This document shows positions 32,892-43,462 of a stretch of DNA of 64,000 nt, in pieces. Within the stretch, counting starts at the first letter, position 1, and each line of letters starts with the position of its first letter. The stretch lies in NCBI GenBank assembly GCA_044345375.1, contig JBIJBF010000005.1:19932-83931 (forward strand). The letters are read 5' to 3'. The DNA comes from Alphaproteobacteria bacterium (GTDB taxonomy: Bacteria; Pseudomonadota; Alphaproteobacteria; CAISOG01). Both the position numbers and the translations under genes were made by a program. Under the pieces are notes generated by a model. It saw only the letters and a list, made by a program, of their open reading frames with translations. It made no database searches and was not told where the DNA came from.

Positions 32892-35030
32892 CTAATCTTC
32901 TGAGTTCCCCCCCAAGGGCAAACTCCATGGCCGCTGAACATTGGCGGGCCAAGATGGCTTGATCCGCCAGCTGCGGCCGCTGTTGGGCGTCCACCAAATC
33001 GCCTGGGTGCCGGTTTGCTGCAGGCTGCTCCAGCTGATTACCTGACGGGCGGGGCAGGGGAAGGTATCCGGCGTTTGCAGCACCACCGTGTCGGCCTGTG
33101 CGCACACCGATTCGGCCAGCACCGCATCATCCACCTGCCAAAACCACGCCAACACATCGCTGCCGCGTTGCAGCCGGCAATGATCGCTGCTGCAGCTGAG
33201 CTCCTTGGACGCGGGATCGGCAAACTCCTCTGGACGCAGGCCTTCCTCAGGCGTTTTGCCCTGCGCGCTTAGCCAAAATTTGGCCAGCCCGCGTTCTTTT
33301 TGACGGGACGACAGCGCCACCGATCCGTCGCTTAGCCGCACCAGCCAAAGCTTGCCGCTGTTGGCCAGCATCACGGTGGGGGGGGCTTGCAGTAAGGCCA
33401 GCAGGATGCCGGCCGCGATCAGGCCAGTCCCCCAAAGCCGCCAAGACCGTTGCCAGATCGCCATCCATAACCCGCCCAACACCAGCAGCAACAGCACGGT
33501 TTGGCTCCATGCATTCACCCGCAGGATGGCACCGGGCAGGCTGGCCCCCCACGCGGCGATTTGCAGCATCAGGTCAATGCTGTAACCCAGCAGCGGCATG
33601 ACGGCCTGTTCTAAGCCTAGGGGCATGGCGGCGATCGACAGCAGGGCGATCGGCATCACCACCAGCTCGGTCAGCGGCACGGCGATAATATTGGCCACAA
33701 TGCCAATCAGCGAGGTTTGCTGAAAATGGGCAAAGGCAATCGGGGTGGTGGCCAGCGTGGCGGCCAGCGAGGTGGCCAACAGGCCTGTGACGATGGCCAG
33801 CGGTTTCGCCCACCAGCCGCGCCCCTGCCAAAACAGGCGCAGCCGATCGCCATACCCCTCATACAGCGCGACAATGGCGGCTGAAGCAGCAAAGCTCATT
33901 TGAAAGCCCGGGCTTAGCAGCATTTCGGGTTGCAGCAGCAGGACTAGGCTGGCCACCAACGCCAGGGTGCGCAGCGACAGGGCCTGACGGCGCAGGATGA
34001 TCGCCAGCATCAGAATGGAAAAGCCCAAAAAGGATCGCTCAGCCGGCACATTGGCGCTGCCCCCCGCCAGCAGCCAGTAAAAGCCGGCGCTGGCAATCGC
34101 CAGCAGTGCGGCGATCGATTTGATCGAAAACCGCGAGCTTAGCCAGGGGATCAGCGCCAACAGCGCCCGCGTGCCCACAAACACCCATCCCCCCACAATC
34201 GTCATATGCAAGCCTGAGATCGACAATAAGTGGTACAGGCCACTGGCGCGGAAATCCTCATTGACCTGCTTGGGGATGTTGGCCCGCTCCCCCGTCAGCA
34301 AGGCCTTGGCCAAGCCAGCCTCAGCCGGCGGCAGGGCGGCGTCATAGCGTTGGCTTAGGTTGCGCCGCAACCGCGCAATCCATAGGGTAGCGGTGCTGGT
34401 GTCGCTGTTGCTGATAACGGTGGGCGGGGTCATCGCAAAGCCTTGGCCGCCAATGCCTTGGAAAAAGGCCATGCGGCGAAAATCCACCGCGCCCGGATAG
34501 GCCGGCGGGTTGGGGGCATAGGCGGTGCCAAAAAAACGGATGGTGTCGCCAATGCTGGGCAACGGATCCAGCTTGTAGAACTTCATTTGCAACCGCTGCG
34601 GCGTTTGCTCGGGCGGCAGCGATTTGATGTGGACGGCGGTTAGGGTGCCCCGCCAGCCGCTGGTAGCCGGCTCCAACGCCGTTAGGCGGCCGGTGATCGT
34701 GGTTGGCTCCAGCTTGGTGGTCAGCATGGTGGCCGCCACCCCATGGGTGCGCAGGCTGGATGCGGTAAAGCCGATCAGCGGGATCAGGATCAGCCAGCCA
34801 GCCGCCCGCACCACCGCCAGGCGGTACAGCCCTGCCCACAGCCCGCCCGCCAGCAGGGTGAGGCCTAGCCATATGTGCCAATCCGGCTCACGCGCCGCAT
34901 GAAAATACAGGCCGATGCCAAGCGCCAGCAGCGCGGGCAGCCACAACAACCACCGTTCCCGCTCAGCCTGCAATTGGCTGTTCAGCCCATCCATCAACCG
35001 CCAGACAGCGCTTTGCATCGTCGCGATCAT
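32892..35030 (-). CDS. comEC: ComEC/Rec2-family DNA internalisation channel protein (no obvious metallo-beta-lactamase domain)
   Basis: DUF4131-like N-terminal transmembrane region and a competence domain with ISGLHMTIVGG. Start placed at MIATMQSAVW (35030, ATG overlapping the lpxB stop). The upstream Arg/Gly-rich 140 aa of the ORF were discounted. Confidence 0.75.
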   Translation of the reverse strand: MIATMQSAVWRLMDGLNSQLQAERERWLLWLPALLALGIGLYFHAAREPDWHIWLGLTLLAGGLWAGLYRLAVVRAAGWLILIPLIGFTASSLRTHGVAATMLTTKLEPTTITGRLTALEPATSGWRGTLTAVHIKSLPPEQTPQRLQMKFYKLDPLPSIGDTIRFFGTAYAPNPPAYPGAVDFRRMAFFQGIGGQGFAMTPPTVISNSDTSTATLWIARLRRNLSQRYDAALPPAEAGLAKALLTGERANIPKQVNEDFRASGLYHLLSISGLHMTIVGGWVFVGTRALLALIPWLSSRFSIKSIAALLAIASAGFYWLLAGGSANVPAERSFLGFSILMLAIILRRQALSLRTLALVASLVLLLQPEMLLSPGFQMSFAASAAIVALYEGYGDRLRLFWQGRGWWAKPLAIVTGLLATSLAATLATTPIAFAHFQQTSLIGIVANIIAVPLTELVVMPIALLSIAAMPLGLEQAVMPLLGYSIDLMLQIAAWGASLPGAILRVNAWSQTVLLLLVLGGLWMAIWQRSWRLWGTGLIAAGILLALLQAPPTVMLANSGKLWLVRLSDGSVALSSRQKERGLAKFWLSAQGKTPEEGLRPEEFADPASKELSCSSDHCRLQRGSDVLAWFWQVDDAVLAESVCAQADTVVLQTPDTFPCPARQVISWSSLQQTGTQAIWWTPNSGRSWRIKPSWPANVQRPWSLPLGGNSED

Positions 35031-36268
35031 CACGCCAGCAAGCCCGCAATCAGGGCGGCCGCCTGCTGGCTGGGGGGCGGCGCGTGGTGATAGCCCAGCT
35101 GGCCAAGGGCGGCCTGTGCCCCTGCCTGCTGCTGCTGCGCCAGTTCTGGATTGCTCCACAGGGCCAGCAGGGCATCGGCCAAAGCCTGTGGGGTGGCGTC
35201 GTTTTGGATCAGTTCGGGAATCACCGCAGGGCCCGGCTGCAACCCGTGCGTCAACAAATTGATCAGGCTGGCAAAGGGCACCTTGATCAGCCGCTTGGCG
35301 ATGCGATAGGTCAGCGGGTGTACCCGATAGGCGACCACGGTGGGAACCCGTGCCAGCGCCAGTTCCAGCGTGACGGTGCCAGACGCCGCGATCCCCAGAT
35401 TGCTGGCCGCCATCGCCGCGTATTTGTCGGCGTTGTTGGCGATCACCCACGGCTGCGACCAGTTGGCCAGGCGTTTGGTCACCTCAGCCTGCAGGTAATC
35501 GGGCACGATCAGCAGGGTGGTTAGCTGGGGAATGGTGGTGGCCAGTTTTTCTACCGCGGCCTGAAACAGCCGCAAATGGCGGCGCACCTCCCCCCCCCTG
35601 CTGCCGGCCAGCAGGCAGATGATGGGCGTGCTGGGGCTCAGCTGCTGTTGTTGCCGCCAACGGATGCCATCGCCCGCATCCGCGCCGCTTTCCACAATCG
35701 GGTGGCCAACAAAGTGACAGGGCAGGCCGGTGGGCACAAAATAGGGCGGCTCAAAGGGCAGCAGGGCCAGCACGCCGTTGTAGATCGGTGCCATCGCCGC
35801 CGCCCGCTCAGGCTTCCACGCCCACACGCTGGGCGCGACGTAATGCCAGATGGGCAGGGCTGGCTGCAGCTCGCGGATTTTCTTGGCCAGCCGCAGGCAG
35901 AATCCGGGGGAATCGATGGTTAGTAGCAGATCGGGCTGAAAATCCATCACCGCCTGCACGGTTTGGCTCAGGCGGCGGCGCAGGCGGTACAGCCGTGGCA
36001 ACACCTCCCACAATCCCATCACCGCCAGCTCCTGCAGCGGAAACAGCGATGTCAGGCCAGCCCTGGTTAAACTAGACCCGCCAACGCCAGCCAGCTCCAG
36101 TGTTTGCTGCTGCGCCGACAGCAGAGGCCGCAGGGCGTTGACCAGCTGGCCGCCCAGATAATCGCCCGAAAGCTCCCCCGCGACCACAAAAACGCGCTTG
36201 GTGGTGGGGGATGGGGGAGAGGTCATGGGGGGCAGGGCGCTTTTGGGGGGTGGGTTGGCTGTTAGCAT
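35030..36268 (-). CDS. lpxB: Lipid-A-disaccharide synthase
   Basis: RVFVVAGELSGD N-terminus and a GT-B core (LLTIDSPGF, YVAPSVWAWKP). The start is ambiguous between 36268 and 36226. Confidence 0.85.
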   Translation of the reverse strand: MLTANPPPKSALPPMTSPPSPTTKRVFVVAGELSGDYLGGQLVNALRPLLSAQQQTLELAGVGGSSLTRAGLTSLFPLQELAVMGLWEVLPRLYRLRRRLSQTVQAVMDFQPDLLLTIDSPGFCLRLAKKIRELQPALPIWHYVAPSVWAWKPERAAAMAPIYNGVLALLPFEPPYFVPTGLPCHFVGHPIVESGADAGDGIRWRQQQQLSPSTPIICLLAGSRGGEVRRHLRLFQAAVEKLATTIPQLTTLLIVPDYLQAEVTKRLANWSQPWVIANNADKYAAMAASNLGIAASGTVTLELALARVPTVVAYRVHPLTYRIAKRLIKVPFASLINLLTHGLQPGPAVIPELIQNDATPQALADALLALWSNPELAQQQQAGAQAALGQLGYHHAPPPSQQAAALIAGLLA

Positions 36269-36340
36269 ATCAGCTTGGTCTTGCTTAACATCCAAAAAAA
36301 TCGCATAAGCCAATAAATTTCTTACAGGAACACCCCCCTT

Positions 36341-36994
36341 ATGTCCGCAACGCCGCTTAATCCCTTGGGCCAACTGATCATCCTATCCGCCCCCTCAGGT
36401 GGTGGCAAAACGACGATTGCGGGGGAGTTGTTGCGGTTGGATCCCACCCTGCGGCGGTCGATTTCGGTGACCACGCGGGCCAAGCGGCCGGATGAGGTTG
36501 AGGGCAAGGACTATTTCTTTATCAGTCAGGCCGAATTTGATCGCCGGCTGGCCGACAACGAATTGTTGGAGCACACCCGGATCCACAGCAACCATTACGC
36601 CACCCCGGCCGATTACATTATGCAGCAGATTCAGCAGGGCAACAGCGTGCTGCTGGTGATTGAATCCTTGGGGATGCGGCAAATTCGCTTGCGCGATGAC
36701 CTGAAACCCTATCTAACCTCAATCTTTCTGCTGCCGGTCAGCATGCAGGAGTTGCACGATCGGCTGGCCTCCCGCCCCAAGGCCGATCCGCAGGAAAACC
36801 GCCGCCGCCTGGACAACGCCTATCAGGAAATCTCCTTTTACAACGAATATGACTATGTTATCGTCAACCGCACGATTCTGGACAGCACCGCCTTTGCCTA
36901 TGATATTATCCTGGGGCAGGACAAGTCGGAGCAGCGCCCGACCAACCCCGATATACAGGCGCATGTCGCCGCGCTGATCCAACAGATGGTTTAA
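36341..36994 (+). CDS. gmk: Guanylate kinase
   Basis: P-loop SAPSGGGKTT, SVTTRAKRPDEVEGKDYFF and LLVIE motifs. Confidence 0.9.
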   Translation: MSATPLNPLGQLIILSAPSGGGKTTIAGELLRLDPTLRRSISVTTRAKRPDEVEGKDYFFISQAEFDRRLADNELLEHTRIHSNHYATPADYIMQQIQQGNSVLLVIESLGMRQIRLRDDLKPYLTSIFLLPVSMQELHDRLASRPKADPQENRRRLDNAYQEISFYNEYDYVIVNRTILDSTAFAYDIILGQDKSEQRPTNPDIQAHVAALIQQMV

Positions 36995-37091
36995 GTTGGG
37001 GCGAAAAATTTCGCTTGGCTAAGGGTGGGGAATTGTCGTATAGAACAGAGTAATCTTAAAAAACCCTGTCAAAATTTCTTGTAGACATTTC

Positions 37092-37721
37092 ATGGTTGAT
37101 ACCACCAAAACGGCCCCCGATAAACTTGTGGTGAAAAAGCCCCGTGCTGCTAAGGCCGCTGTGCCTAATGCCTCGGCAGCTGTTGCCGATCATCACGATA
37201 CCGAATCGCAGCATACGCGCCGTGACTTTTTGGCGCTGGCCGCGGGCGGTGCCTGTGTGTTGGGCGCGGGGGTGGCGTTGGTGCCCTTTGTTGACAGCAT
37301 GAATCCGGCCGCTGACACCTTGGCCTTGGCCAGCGTTGAGGTGGATATTTCCAAGGTGCAGCCCGGGCAGGGCATGACGGTTAGCTGGCGGGGCAAGCCG
37401 ATTTTTATCCGCCGCCGCACGCCTGAGGAGATTCAGGAGGCTGAGAAGGCATCCTTGTCGGAGCTTAAGGACCCGCAGGCCGACAAAGATCGCGTCAAAA
37501 AGGCCGAATGGCTGGTGGTGATTGGCATTTGCACCCATCTGGGTTGCGTGCCGCTGGGCACCAAATCCACCGAAACGCGGGGGGAGTATCAGGGCTGGTT
37601 TTGCCCCTGCCACGGCTCATCCTATGACACCTCAGGCCGCATCCGTAAGGGGCCGGCGCCCACCAATCTTGAGGTTCCCCCCTACAGTTTTGTCAGCGAT
37701 ACCCTGTTGAAAATCGGCTAA
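37092..37721 (+). CDS. petA: Ubiquinol-cytochrome c reductase Rieske iron-sulfur subunit
   Basis: Tat-type RRDFL signal and Rieske boxes CTHLGC and CPCHGS. Confidence 0.9.
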   Translation: MVDTTKTAPDKLVVKKPRAAKAAVPNASAAVADHHDTESQHTRRDFLALAAGGACVLGAGVALVPFVDSMNPAADTLALASVEVDISKVQPGQGMTVSWRGKPIFIRRRTPEEIQEAEKASLSELKDPQADKDRVKKAEWLVVIGICTHLGCVPLGTKSTETRGEYQGWFCPCHGSSYDTSGRIRKGPAPTNLEVPPYSFVSDTLLKIG

Positions 37722-37756
37722 CCCCCCACCCATTTCATTCCACTGGATCCTTCACC

Positions 37757-38971
37757 ATGGCCGCACCCACCAAACCACAAAAACCAGGTCTGTTTGGCTG
37801 GATCGAATACCGCCTGCCGATTTTCGACTTCCTGAACCGCGAGTTGCGGCAGTATCCAACCCCCAAAAACCTTAGCTACGCTTGGAATTTTGGCTCGCTG
37901 GCCGGCATTATTCTGCTGATCATGATTCTGTCGGGGCTTTTTTTGGCGATGAACTATCAGCCCAGCACCGACAAGGCGTTTGATAGTGTTGAGCGGATTA
38001 TGCGCGATGTGAATTTTGGCTGGTTGTTGCGCTACATCCACGCCAATGGCGCCTCAGCCTTTTTTGTGGTGGTGTATTTGCATATTTTTCGCGGGCTGTA
38101 CTACGGCTCCTATAAGGCGCCACGGGAATTGTTGTGGTTGCTGGGCGTGGTGATCCTGCTGCTGATGATGGCCACCGCGTTTATGGGCTATGTGTTGCCC
38201 TGGGGGCAGATGAGCTATTGGGGCGCCACCGTGATCACCAACCTGTTCGGCGCCATTCCGGTGGTGGGGGAGGCGTTGAAAACCTGGATTTGGGGCGGCT
38301 TCTCGGTAGACAACCCCACGCTGAACCGCTTTTTCGTGCTGCACTATCTGATGCCGTTTATGATTCTGGGCGTGGCCTTTTTGCACCTGATCGCGCTGCA
38401 TACCCACGGTTCTAACAATCCAACCGGTTTGGATGCGAAGAAGGAAGATAAGATTCCCTTCCACCCCTATTACACCATCAAGGATTTGTTTGGGCTGGGG
38501 ATATTTTTGGTGATCTTCGCCCTGTTTGTGTTCTATGTGCCCAATTATTTGGGGCATCCTGACAACTACATGCCGGCCAACCCGTTGGTGACGCCCGCCC
38601 ATATTGTGCCAGAGTGGTACTTCCTGCCGTTTTATGCGATTTTGCGGGCGATTCCCGACAAATTGGGTGGGGTGATGATGATGTTTGGCTCCATCGCGCT
38701 GCTGGCCGCCATGCCGTGGTTGGATCGGCATCCGGTGCGCAGTGGCCGCTATCGCCCCCTGTTCAAATGGTTTTTCTGGCTGTTCACCATCAACGCGGTG
38801 GCGCTGGGCTGGGTTGGCGGCAAACCGGCTGAGGGCAACTATTTGTTGATCAGCCGGGTGTGCACCGCCTGGTACTTCTTGCATATGTTGGTGGTGTTGC
38901 CGGTTCTCAGCAAATTTGAAAAACCGCTGCCCCTGCCAGAATCTATTGACGCGGCAGGTCATCATGGTTAG
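37757..38971 (+). CDS. petB: Cytochrome b of the bc1 complex
   Basis: Eight-transmembrane cytochrome b with conserved haem-ligand His pairs and a PEWY motif. Confidence 0.9.
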   Translation: MAAPTKPQKPGLFGWIEYRLPIFDFLNRELRQYPTPKNLSYAWNFGSLAGIILLIMILSGLFLAMNYQPSTDKAFDSVERIMRDVNFGWLLRYIHANGASAFFVVVYLHIFRGLYYGSYKAPRELLWLLGVVILLLMMATAFMGYVLPWGQMSYWGATVITNLFGAIPVVGEALKTWIWGGFSVDNPTLNRFFVLHYLMPFMILGVAFLHLIALHTHGSNNPTGLDAKKEDKIPFHPYYTIKDLFGLGIFLVIFALFVFYVPNYLGHPDNYMPANPLVTPAHIVPEWYFLPFYAILRAIPDKLGGVMMMFGSIALLAAMPWLDRHPVRSGRYRPLFKWFFWLFTINAVALGWVGGKPAEGNYLLISRVCTAWYFLHMLVVLPVLSKFEKPLPLPESIDAAGHHG

Positions 38972-39785
38972 GGGGTTTAAATTTCTGTTGGTGTTGGGCG
39001 CTGTGGCCTTTGCCTTGCCGATGTCGTCGGTGATGGCTGCGGGCGGCGGCGCTGTGGAAGAGGGGGCGGTTTCCACCAACCCTGAGCCTTTGCCCGAACA
39101 TGACTGGAGCTTTCAGGGGCCGGTTGGCACCTATGACCGCGCCGCCATGCAACGTGGCTTTCAGGTCTACCGCCAGGTCTGTTCCAGCTGCCATGGGCTA
39201 AAGCGGGTGGCGTTTCGCAATTTGGCCGATTTGGGCTACTCGCCTGAGGAAATCAAGGCGATTGCGGCGGAATCTCAGGTGACCGATGGCCCGAATGATG
39301 AGGGGGAGATGTTTGAGCGCAAGGCCACCCCCGCCGATCATTTGGTGGGCCCCTATGCCAACGAAAAGGCGGCGCGGGCGGCCAACAATGGCGCCTATCC
39401 GCCCGATCAATCGCTGATCATTAAGGCGCGCCATGACGGTGCCAACTATGTGCGCGCGCTGCTGTTGGGCTATGAGTCAGCGCCAGAGGGCATGAAAATG
39501 CAAGACGGCATGCACTACAACAAATATTTCCCCGGCCGGCAGATTGCGATGGCCAACCCGTTGAGCGAGGGGGTGGTGACCTATCAGGATGGCACCGCCG
39601 CAACCCCAGAACAGATGGCCAACGACGTGGTAACCTTCCTTAGCTGGGCGGCTGAGCCTGAGGCTGAGGCGCGCAAGCGGATGGGCGCCAAGGTTCTGAT
39701 CTTCTTAATCCCGATGACCATTCTGCTCTATCTGTTGAAACGCAAGATCTGGGCGGATGTGAAGAAAAAGAAAAAAGCCGCTTAG
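38964..39785 (+). CDS. petC: Cytochrome c1
   Basis: Signal peptide, CSSCHG haem-binding site and a C-terminal transmembrane anchor ([19 protein letters not shown]). The start overlaps the petB stop. Confidence 0.85.
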   Translation: MVRGFKFLLVLGAVAFALPMSSVMAAGGGAVEEGAVSTNPEPLPEHDWSFQGPVGTYDRAAMQRGFQVYRQVCSSCHGLKRVAFRNLADLGYSPEEIKAIAAESQVTDGPNDEGEMFERKATPADHLVGPYANEKAARAANNGAYPPDQSLIIKARHDGANYVRALLLGYESAPEGMKMQDGMHYNKYFPGRQIAMANPLSEGVVTYQDGTAATPEQMANDVVTFLSWAAEPEAEARKRMGAKVLIFLIPMTILLYLLKRKIWADVKKKKKAA

Positions 39786-39868
39786 GGCATCAACTTGGCC
39801 GTTGCCTCTAGCTTTTTCTGTGCGGTTCCCTATATAAGCGGTATACCCAACCTTTTGCAGAAGTTTTC

Positions 39869-40426
39869 TTGATGTTTATTCAAACCGAATCGACCCCCAA
39901 CCCCAACAGCCTGAAGTTTATTCCGGGCCAGCCAGTGATGACCAGCGGCACCGCGGATTTCCGTGAGGTGGGCAAGGCGCAAAAATCACCCTTGGCCAAG
40001 CGGTTGTTTGCGGTTGAGGGGGTAACCGGCGTTTATTTGGGCGGCGACTTTATCAGCGTGACCAAGGATGAGGCGGCGGACTGGGTGTTGCTGAAACCAT
40101 CCCTGATCGGCGCGATTATGGATCACTACACCAGCGGCGATGTGGCGATGGCGGATGCTGCTGCGGGCGCGTCAACCCCAGCCGCGGATGACAGCGAATT
40201 GGTGCTGCAGATTAAGGAAGTGTTGGACACCAGGGTGCGTCCGGCGGTGGCGATGGATGGCGGCGATATCATTTTTGACCGTTTTGAGGATGGGGTGGTC
40301 TATCTGTATTTGCAGGGCGCCTGTTCCGGCTGCCCCAGCTCAACCGCTACCTTGAAAAACGGTATTGAGAATATGTTGCGTTATTACGTGCCAGAGGTAG
40401 AGGAGGTGCGGGCGGCCAATGGCTAG
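39869..40426 (+). CDS. Nfu-type Fe-S cluster scaffold (Nfu_N plus NifU_C domains, CxxC)
   Basis: MFIQTESTPNPNSLKF (Nfu_N) and GACSGC in the C-terminal domain. The stop TAG lies inside the terminal repeat of family-B copy 3. Confidence 0.75.
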   Translation: MMFIQTESTPNPNSLKFIPGQPVMTSGTADFREVGKAQKSPLAKRLFAVEGVTGVYLGGDFISVTKDEAADWVLLKPSLIGAIMDHYTSGDVAMADAAAGASTPAADDSELVLQIKEVLDTRVRPAVAMDGGDIIFDRFEDGVVYLYLQGACSGCPSSTATLKNGIENMLRYYVPEVEEVRAANG

Positions 40427-40550
40427 AGCATTTCCCATTTAGCCCACCACGTCGTCAGACTACGGACTCGCCGATGCTCACGTATATAGGATACGCTCCG
40501 CTCTTCTCGCCTTGTCTTCCTAGTGGTGAACTAAAGCGAAAACGCTCTAG
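40423..40550. repeat. Family-B MITE-like repeat, copy 3 (more diverged)
   Basis: CTAGAGCATTTCCCATTTAGCCCACCACGTCGTCAGACTACGG...AAAGCGAAAACGCTCTAG. Confidence 0.8.
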
Positions 40551-40569
40551 GCCTGCCGCCCCCTCTGTT

Positions 40570-40908
40570 TTGCCGGAATCCTCCCCGCTTACCCTGTTGA
40601 TTGACACCGCGCAGGATTGTCGGGTCGGCCTGTTCGCCGGCGACCAGCTGTTGCTATGGCTTGAGGAAGATGTGGGCAAGCACCACGAAACCCACCTGTT
40701 GCCGTTGATTGACCGCGCGCTGTTGCAAGCCGGCAAGCAATTTGCGGATCTCACCCAGATCGCCGTGGTTGCAGGCCAAGGCGCCTTTACCAGCCTCCGC
40801 GTTGGGGTCGCCACCGCCAAGGCTCTGGCCTTTGGGCTGAACCTGCCGCTCTCATTCCCCTCCTGCGCAGGGGTGCCCGAAGGGCGGGGTGGTTCTTGCA
40901 ACAAATAA
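40570..40908 (+). pseudogene. tsaB: tsaB (yeaZ) N-terminal fragment, truncated where a family-A repeat enters the frame
   Basis: PLTLLIDTAQDCRVGLFAGDQLL...HETHLLPLIDRALLQAGKQFADLTQIAVVAGQGAFTSLRVGVATAKALAFGLNLPL matches the TsaB N-domain (about 95 aa). Reading then continues into repeat sequence (SFPSCAGVPEGRGG) and stops. No C-terminal half was found within 200 bp downstream (the next gene begins at 41024 on the opposite strand). Confidence 0.55.
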
Positions 40909-41003
40909 TTCGAACATGGTGCTGCTCGCGCGCATCACACGCACACCGAAGGGACCACCCCGTCAGGCTTCGCCTGCCACCCCTCCGCAAGAGGGGAATT
41001 AAG
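40851..41003. repeat. Family-A MITE-like repeat, copy 4 (full form with a distinct ~57 bp core)
   Basis: TCATTCCCCTCCTGCGCAGGGGTGCCCGAAGGGCGGGGTGGTTC...GACCACCCCGTCAGGCTTCGCCTGCCACCCCTCCGCAAGAGGGGAATTAAG. Confidence 0.8.
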
Positions 41004-41023
41004 ATGGAGAGGTGAATTTGCGG

Positions 41024-42370
41024 CTAATCCTCAGGAAAACAGACCTTTAAACTATCCACCCAGGCTTGCTGTTCATCGGTCAGGCGGTGGCTGTAGAATT
41101 TGGCCAGTTTCAGGCGTTCGGCGTCAAACAATTCTTGACAGCTTTCGATGATCGCCTTTTTGGTGGATTCTTCCACTTCCAACTCAAAATGGCGGCAAAT
41201 GGCATCGATGATCGGTTTTTGATCCGCAACCCCCAGCAGCAGTTCGGCGTTTAGCCACAGCGGGTTCAGCTCGTAATCCTTGACCGCCTTTTTCCAGCCG
41301 TGCTTGAATTGCAACAGCCATGGCGCGCGCAGTTTTAAGGTGAGATCCAACCGTTGTTCGATGGGCAATTGGGCAATTTCCGCCAAGGCGGGGTCGATGC
41401 GAAGGCCGTTGGCAACCGCATCATCATAGGCGGCAATCGCCATCGGCAATTCTGATGTCATAATAATCAGGCGCATTTTAAAGGCGGTGATCAACCTTAG
41501 GTTGGGCGCGCTGGCCAGGGTGGTGTGTTGGCTAAAGGTTGCGGTGCGCAGGTTGGCGGTTAGGTGCGGCAGGTGCAGATCCTGCTCCGATGACCAATAG
41601 GAATAGCAAATCGGCGCATCCTGCATGCCGGTCAGGCTTTGCACCACCGCGCGTAGGTAAAGATGCGATACACCGGGCATGGCGGTTAGCAACAAACGCT
41701 CAGGCAACCCATCCTCCTCAACCGCCATGGTGTAGTCGGTCAGCTGGGAATGGCCGTCGTTGGTTTCCAACAAGGCTTCCAGAATATTGCGCAGACGCCC
41801 ATCCTCGGGGAACAGGGCGGCCGCCAGTCTGGCCGCCTCCAACGCCTTTTGGGCATCCAAAGGTTGCAGGGCGCGCGCCATTTCGCCAAAGGCACCGCCC
41901 AACATTTCCTGATTGTCGCGGTCGCCGACCAGCAAATCCAGCGCGCTGGTCAGTTTTTCGGCGGCCTGATCCAGCTGGTTGTTGCGGATCAGCGTGATGC
42001 CGATGATGGTTGAGGCCTTGATCAGGCTGTGCAGAATGGCGGGATTCTCAGGATCCTGCGCCAAAGCCTTTCTGGCAAAAATTTCAGCCGCATCATACAT
42101 GCCGCGGGATAGCGCGACATCCGCCATGCCCAATTGCCCCAACGGGTGATCGGCGTCGCGGTCCAGCAGGGTGCGAAAGGCCACCGTTGCCTTGTCCCAC
42201 TGCTGCTCATCAATTTGTTCATAGCCATATTCCAACAAGGCCTCATCAGAAAAGCTGGCAAGATCAACCTTTTCCTCAGCCTTATAGATTTTTTTGGCCT
42301 TAGGTTCAGCGGTGGTTTTGGGAGCGGTTTTTGGATTGGGCTTGCTGGGCATGGTTGAATCCTTAGGCAT
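41024..42370 (-). CDS. TPR-repeat protein of unknown function
   Basis: 448 aa. Lys/Pro-rich N-terminus, then TPR-like helical repeats (AFRTLLDRDADHP...ALAQDPENPAILHSLI). Confidence 0.5.
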   Translation of the reverse strand: MPKDSTMPSKPNPKTAPKTTAEPKAKKIYKAEEKVDLASFSDEALLEYGYEQIDEQQWDKATVAFRTLLDRDADHPLGQLGMADVALSRGMYDAAEIFARKALAQDPENPAILHSLIKASTIIGITLIRNNQLDQAAEKLTSALDLLVGDRDNQEMLGGAFGEMARALQPLDAQKALEAARLAAALFPEDGRLRNILEALLETNDGHSQLTDYTMAVEEDGLPERLLLTAMPGVSHLYLRAVVQSLTGMQDAPICYSYWSSEQDLHLPHLTANLRTATFSQHTTLASAPNLRLITAFKMRLIIMTSELPMAIAAYDDAVANGLRIDPALAEIAQLPIEQRLDLTLKLRAPWLLQFKHGWKKAVKDYELNPLWLNAELLLGVADQKPIIDAICRHFELEVEESTKKAIIESCQELFDAERLKLAKFYSHRLTDEQQAWVDSLKVCFPED

Positions 42371-42463
42371 GAAAAAATGGGCGGGTTGCCGTGCTTTAAC
42401 CTACATAAGCTGAGCCCCATGCGCAAGATTGACCATGCGGCGATCATGGGGCACAGTTGGCCG

Positions 42464-43054
42464 ATGAAGCGTCGAGCCTTAACATTTTTCCGGGTTTTCC
42501 GGCCAAAAATCCTTGTACCTATTGTGGTGGTGGTTGTTTTGCTGGTGGCCTTGGGTTTGAACCTTAAACCCAAAAAAACGTCAACCTTGACGCTGCATCT
42601 GCCGCAAACGCCCAGTTTTACGCTTCCTCAATTGGGAGTGAATGCAGCGCCCAATTTCGCCAGCACGGAACTGGCGGGGCAGGTGGTGCTGGTCAATTTT
42701 TTTGCCAGCTGGTGCACGACCTGCCAGCTTGAGCATGCCTTGCTGGTTGAGTTGCACAAACAGCTGCCGGAGGTCAAATTTATCGGCATTGCCTATCGCG
42801 ACAGCGCGGACAAGGCGCAGGCCTATTTGGCGCGGGCGGGCAACCCCTATGACACCGTGTTGCTGGATGAAAACGGGCAGGGCGCGGTGGCCTGGGGCAC
42901 CATGGGGGTTCCGGAAACCTTTGTGATCAGCCGCAATGGGGTGATCGAATACCGCCAGATTGGCCCGATTTCGGTTGGTCAGGCGCAGGGGCAGTTGCGC
43001 TTCCTGCTAACATCTTTGTTAAAAGATGTGGATACGACCCCCAAACCAAAATAG
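42464..43054 (+). CDS. ccmG: Thiol:disulfide interchange protein CcmG/DsbE (cytochrome c maturation)
   Basis: N-terminal anchor and a TlpA-like thioredoxin fold with SWCTTC and GVPETFVI. Confidence 0.8.
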   Translation: MKRRALTFFRVFRPKILVPIVVVVVLLVALGLNLKPKKTSTLTLHLPQTPSFTLPQLGVNAAPNFASTELAGQVVLVNFFASWCTTCQLEHALLVELHKQLPEVKFIGIAYRDSADKAQAYLARAGNPYDTVLLDENGQGAVAWGTMGVPETFVISRNGVIEYRQIGPISVGQAQGQLRFLLTSLLKDVDTTPKPK

Positions 43055-43063
43055 AGGCGAACA

Positions 43064-43462
43064 TTGATGAATGGGGGGCGCTGCTTCGCCAAGGCTGTGG
43101 TGCTGGGTTGGTTGTTGGTGGGCGCGGCAGCCGCATGCGCTGCACCGCTGTTTGCGGCTGAGGCGTCATCCCTGGATGATCAAGTGCAGCAGATTGCCGC
43201 GCAACTGCGCTGCATGGTGTGCAACGGCCAAAGCGTGGCGGATAGCAACGCATCCTGGGCGCAGGATGTGCGCTATTTTGTCCAAACAAAATTGCAGCAG
43301 GGGTGGTCGGTGCCGCAGATCAAGGCCTATTTGCAGGAGCGCTACGGGCCGCAAATCCTGTTCGAAACCCCCGGAAACAGCCCCGCTGCCTGGATTCTAT
43401 GGAGCCTGCCAGCCGGATGCCTGGTGATGGTGGGTTGGCGCCTGCGCCGCTATATCGGTTAA
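43064..43462 (+). CDS. ccmH: Cytochrome c-type biogenesis protein CcmH
   Basis: Signal peptide, LRCMVCNGQS (the LRCxxCQ motif) and a C-terminal transmembrane helix. Confidence 0.8.
   Translation: MMNGGRCFAKAVVLGWLLVGAAAACAAPLFAAEASSLDDQVQQIAAQLRCMVCNGQSVADSNASWAQDVRYFVQTKLQQGWSVPQIKAYLQERYGPQILFETPGNSPAAWILWSLPAGCLVMVGWRLRRYIG

Noticed and set aside
35031-35450. Arg/Gly-rich 140-aa N-terminal extension of the comEC ORF
   Set aside because: Low-complexity, and it overlaps the lpxB 3' end. An internal ATG overlapping the lpxB stop gives a typical ComEC N-terminus.
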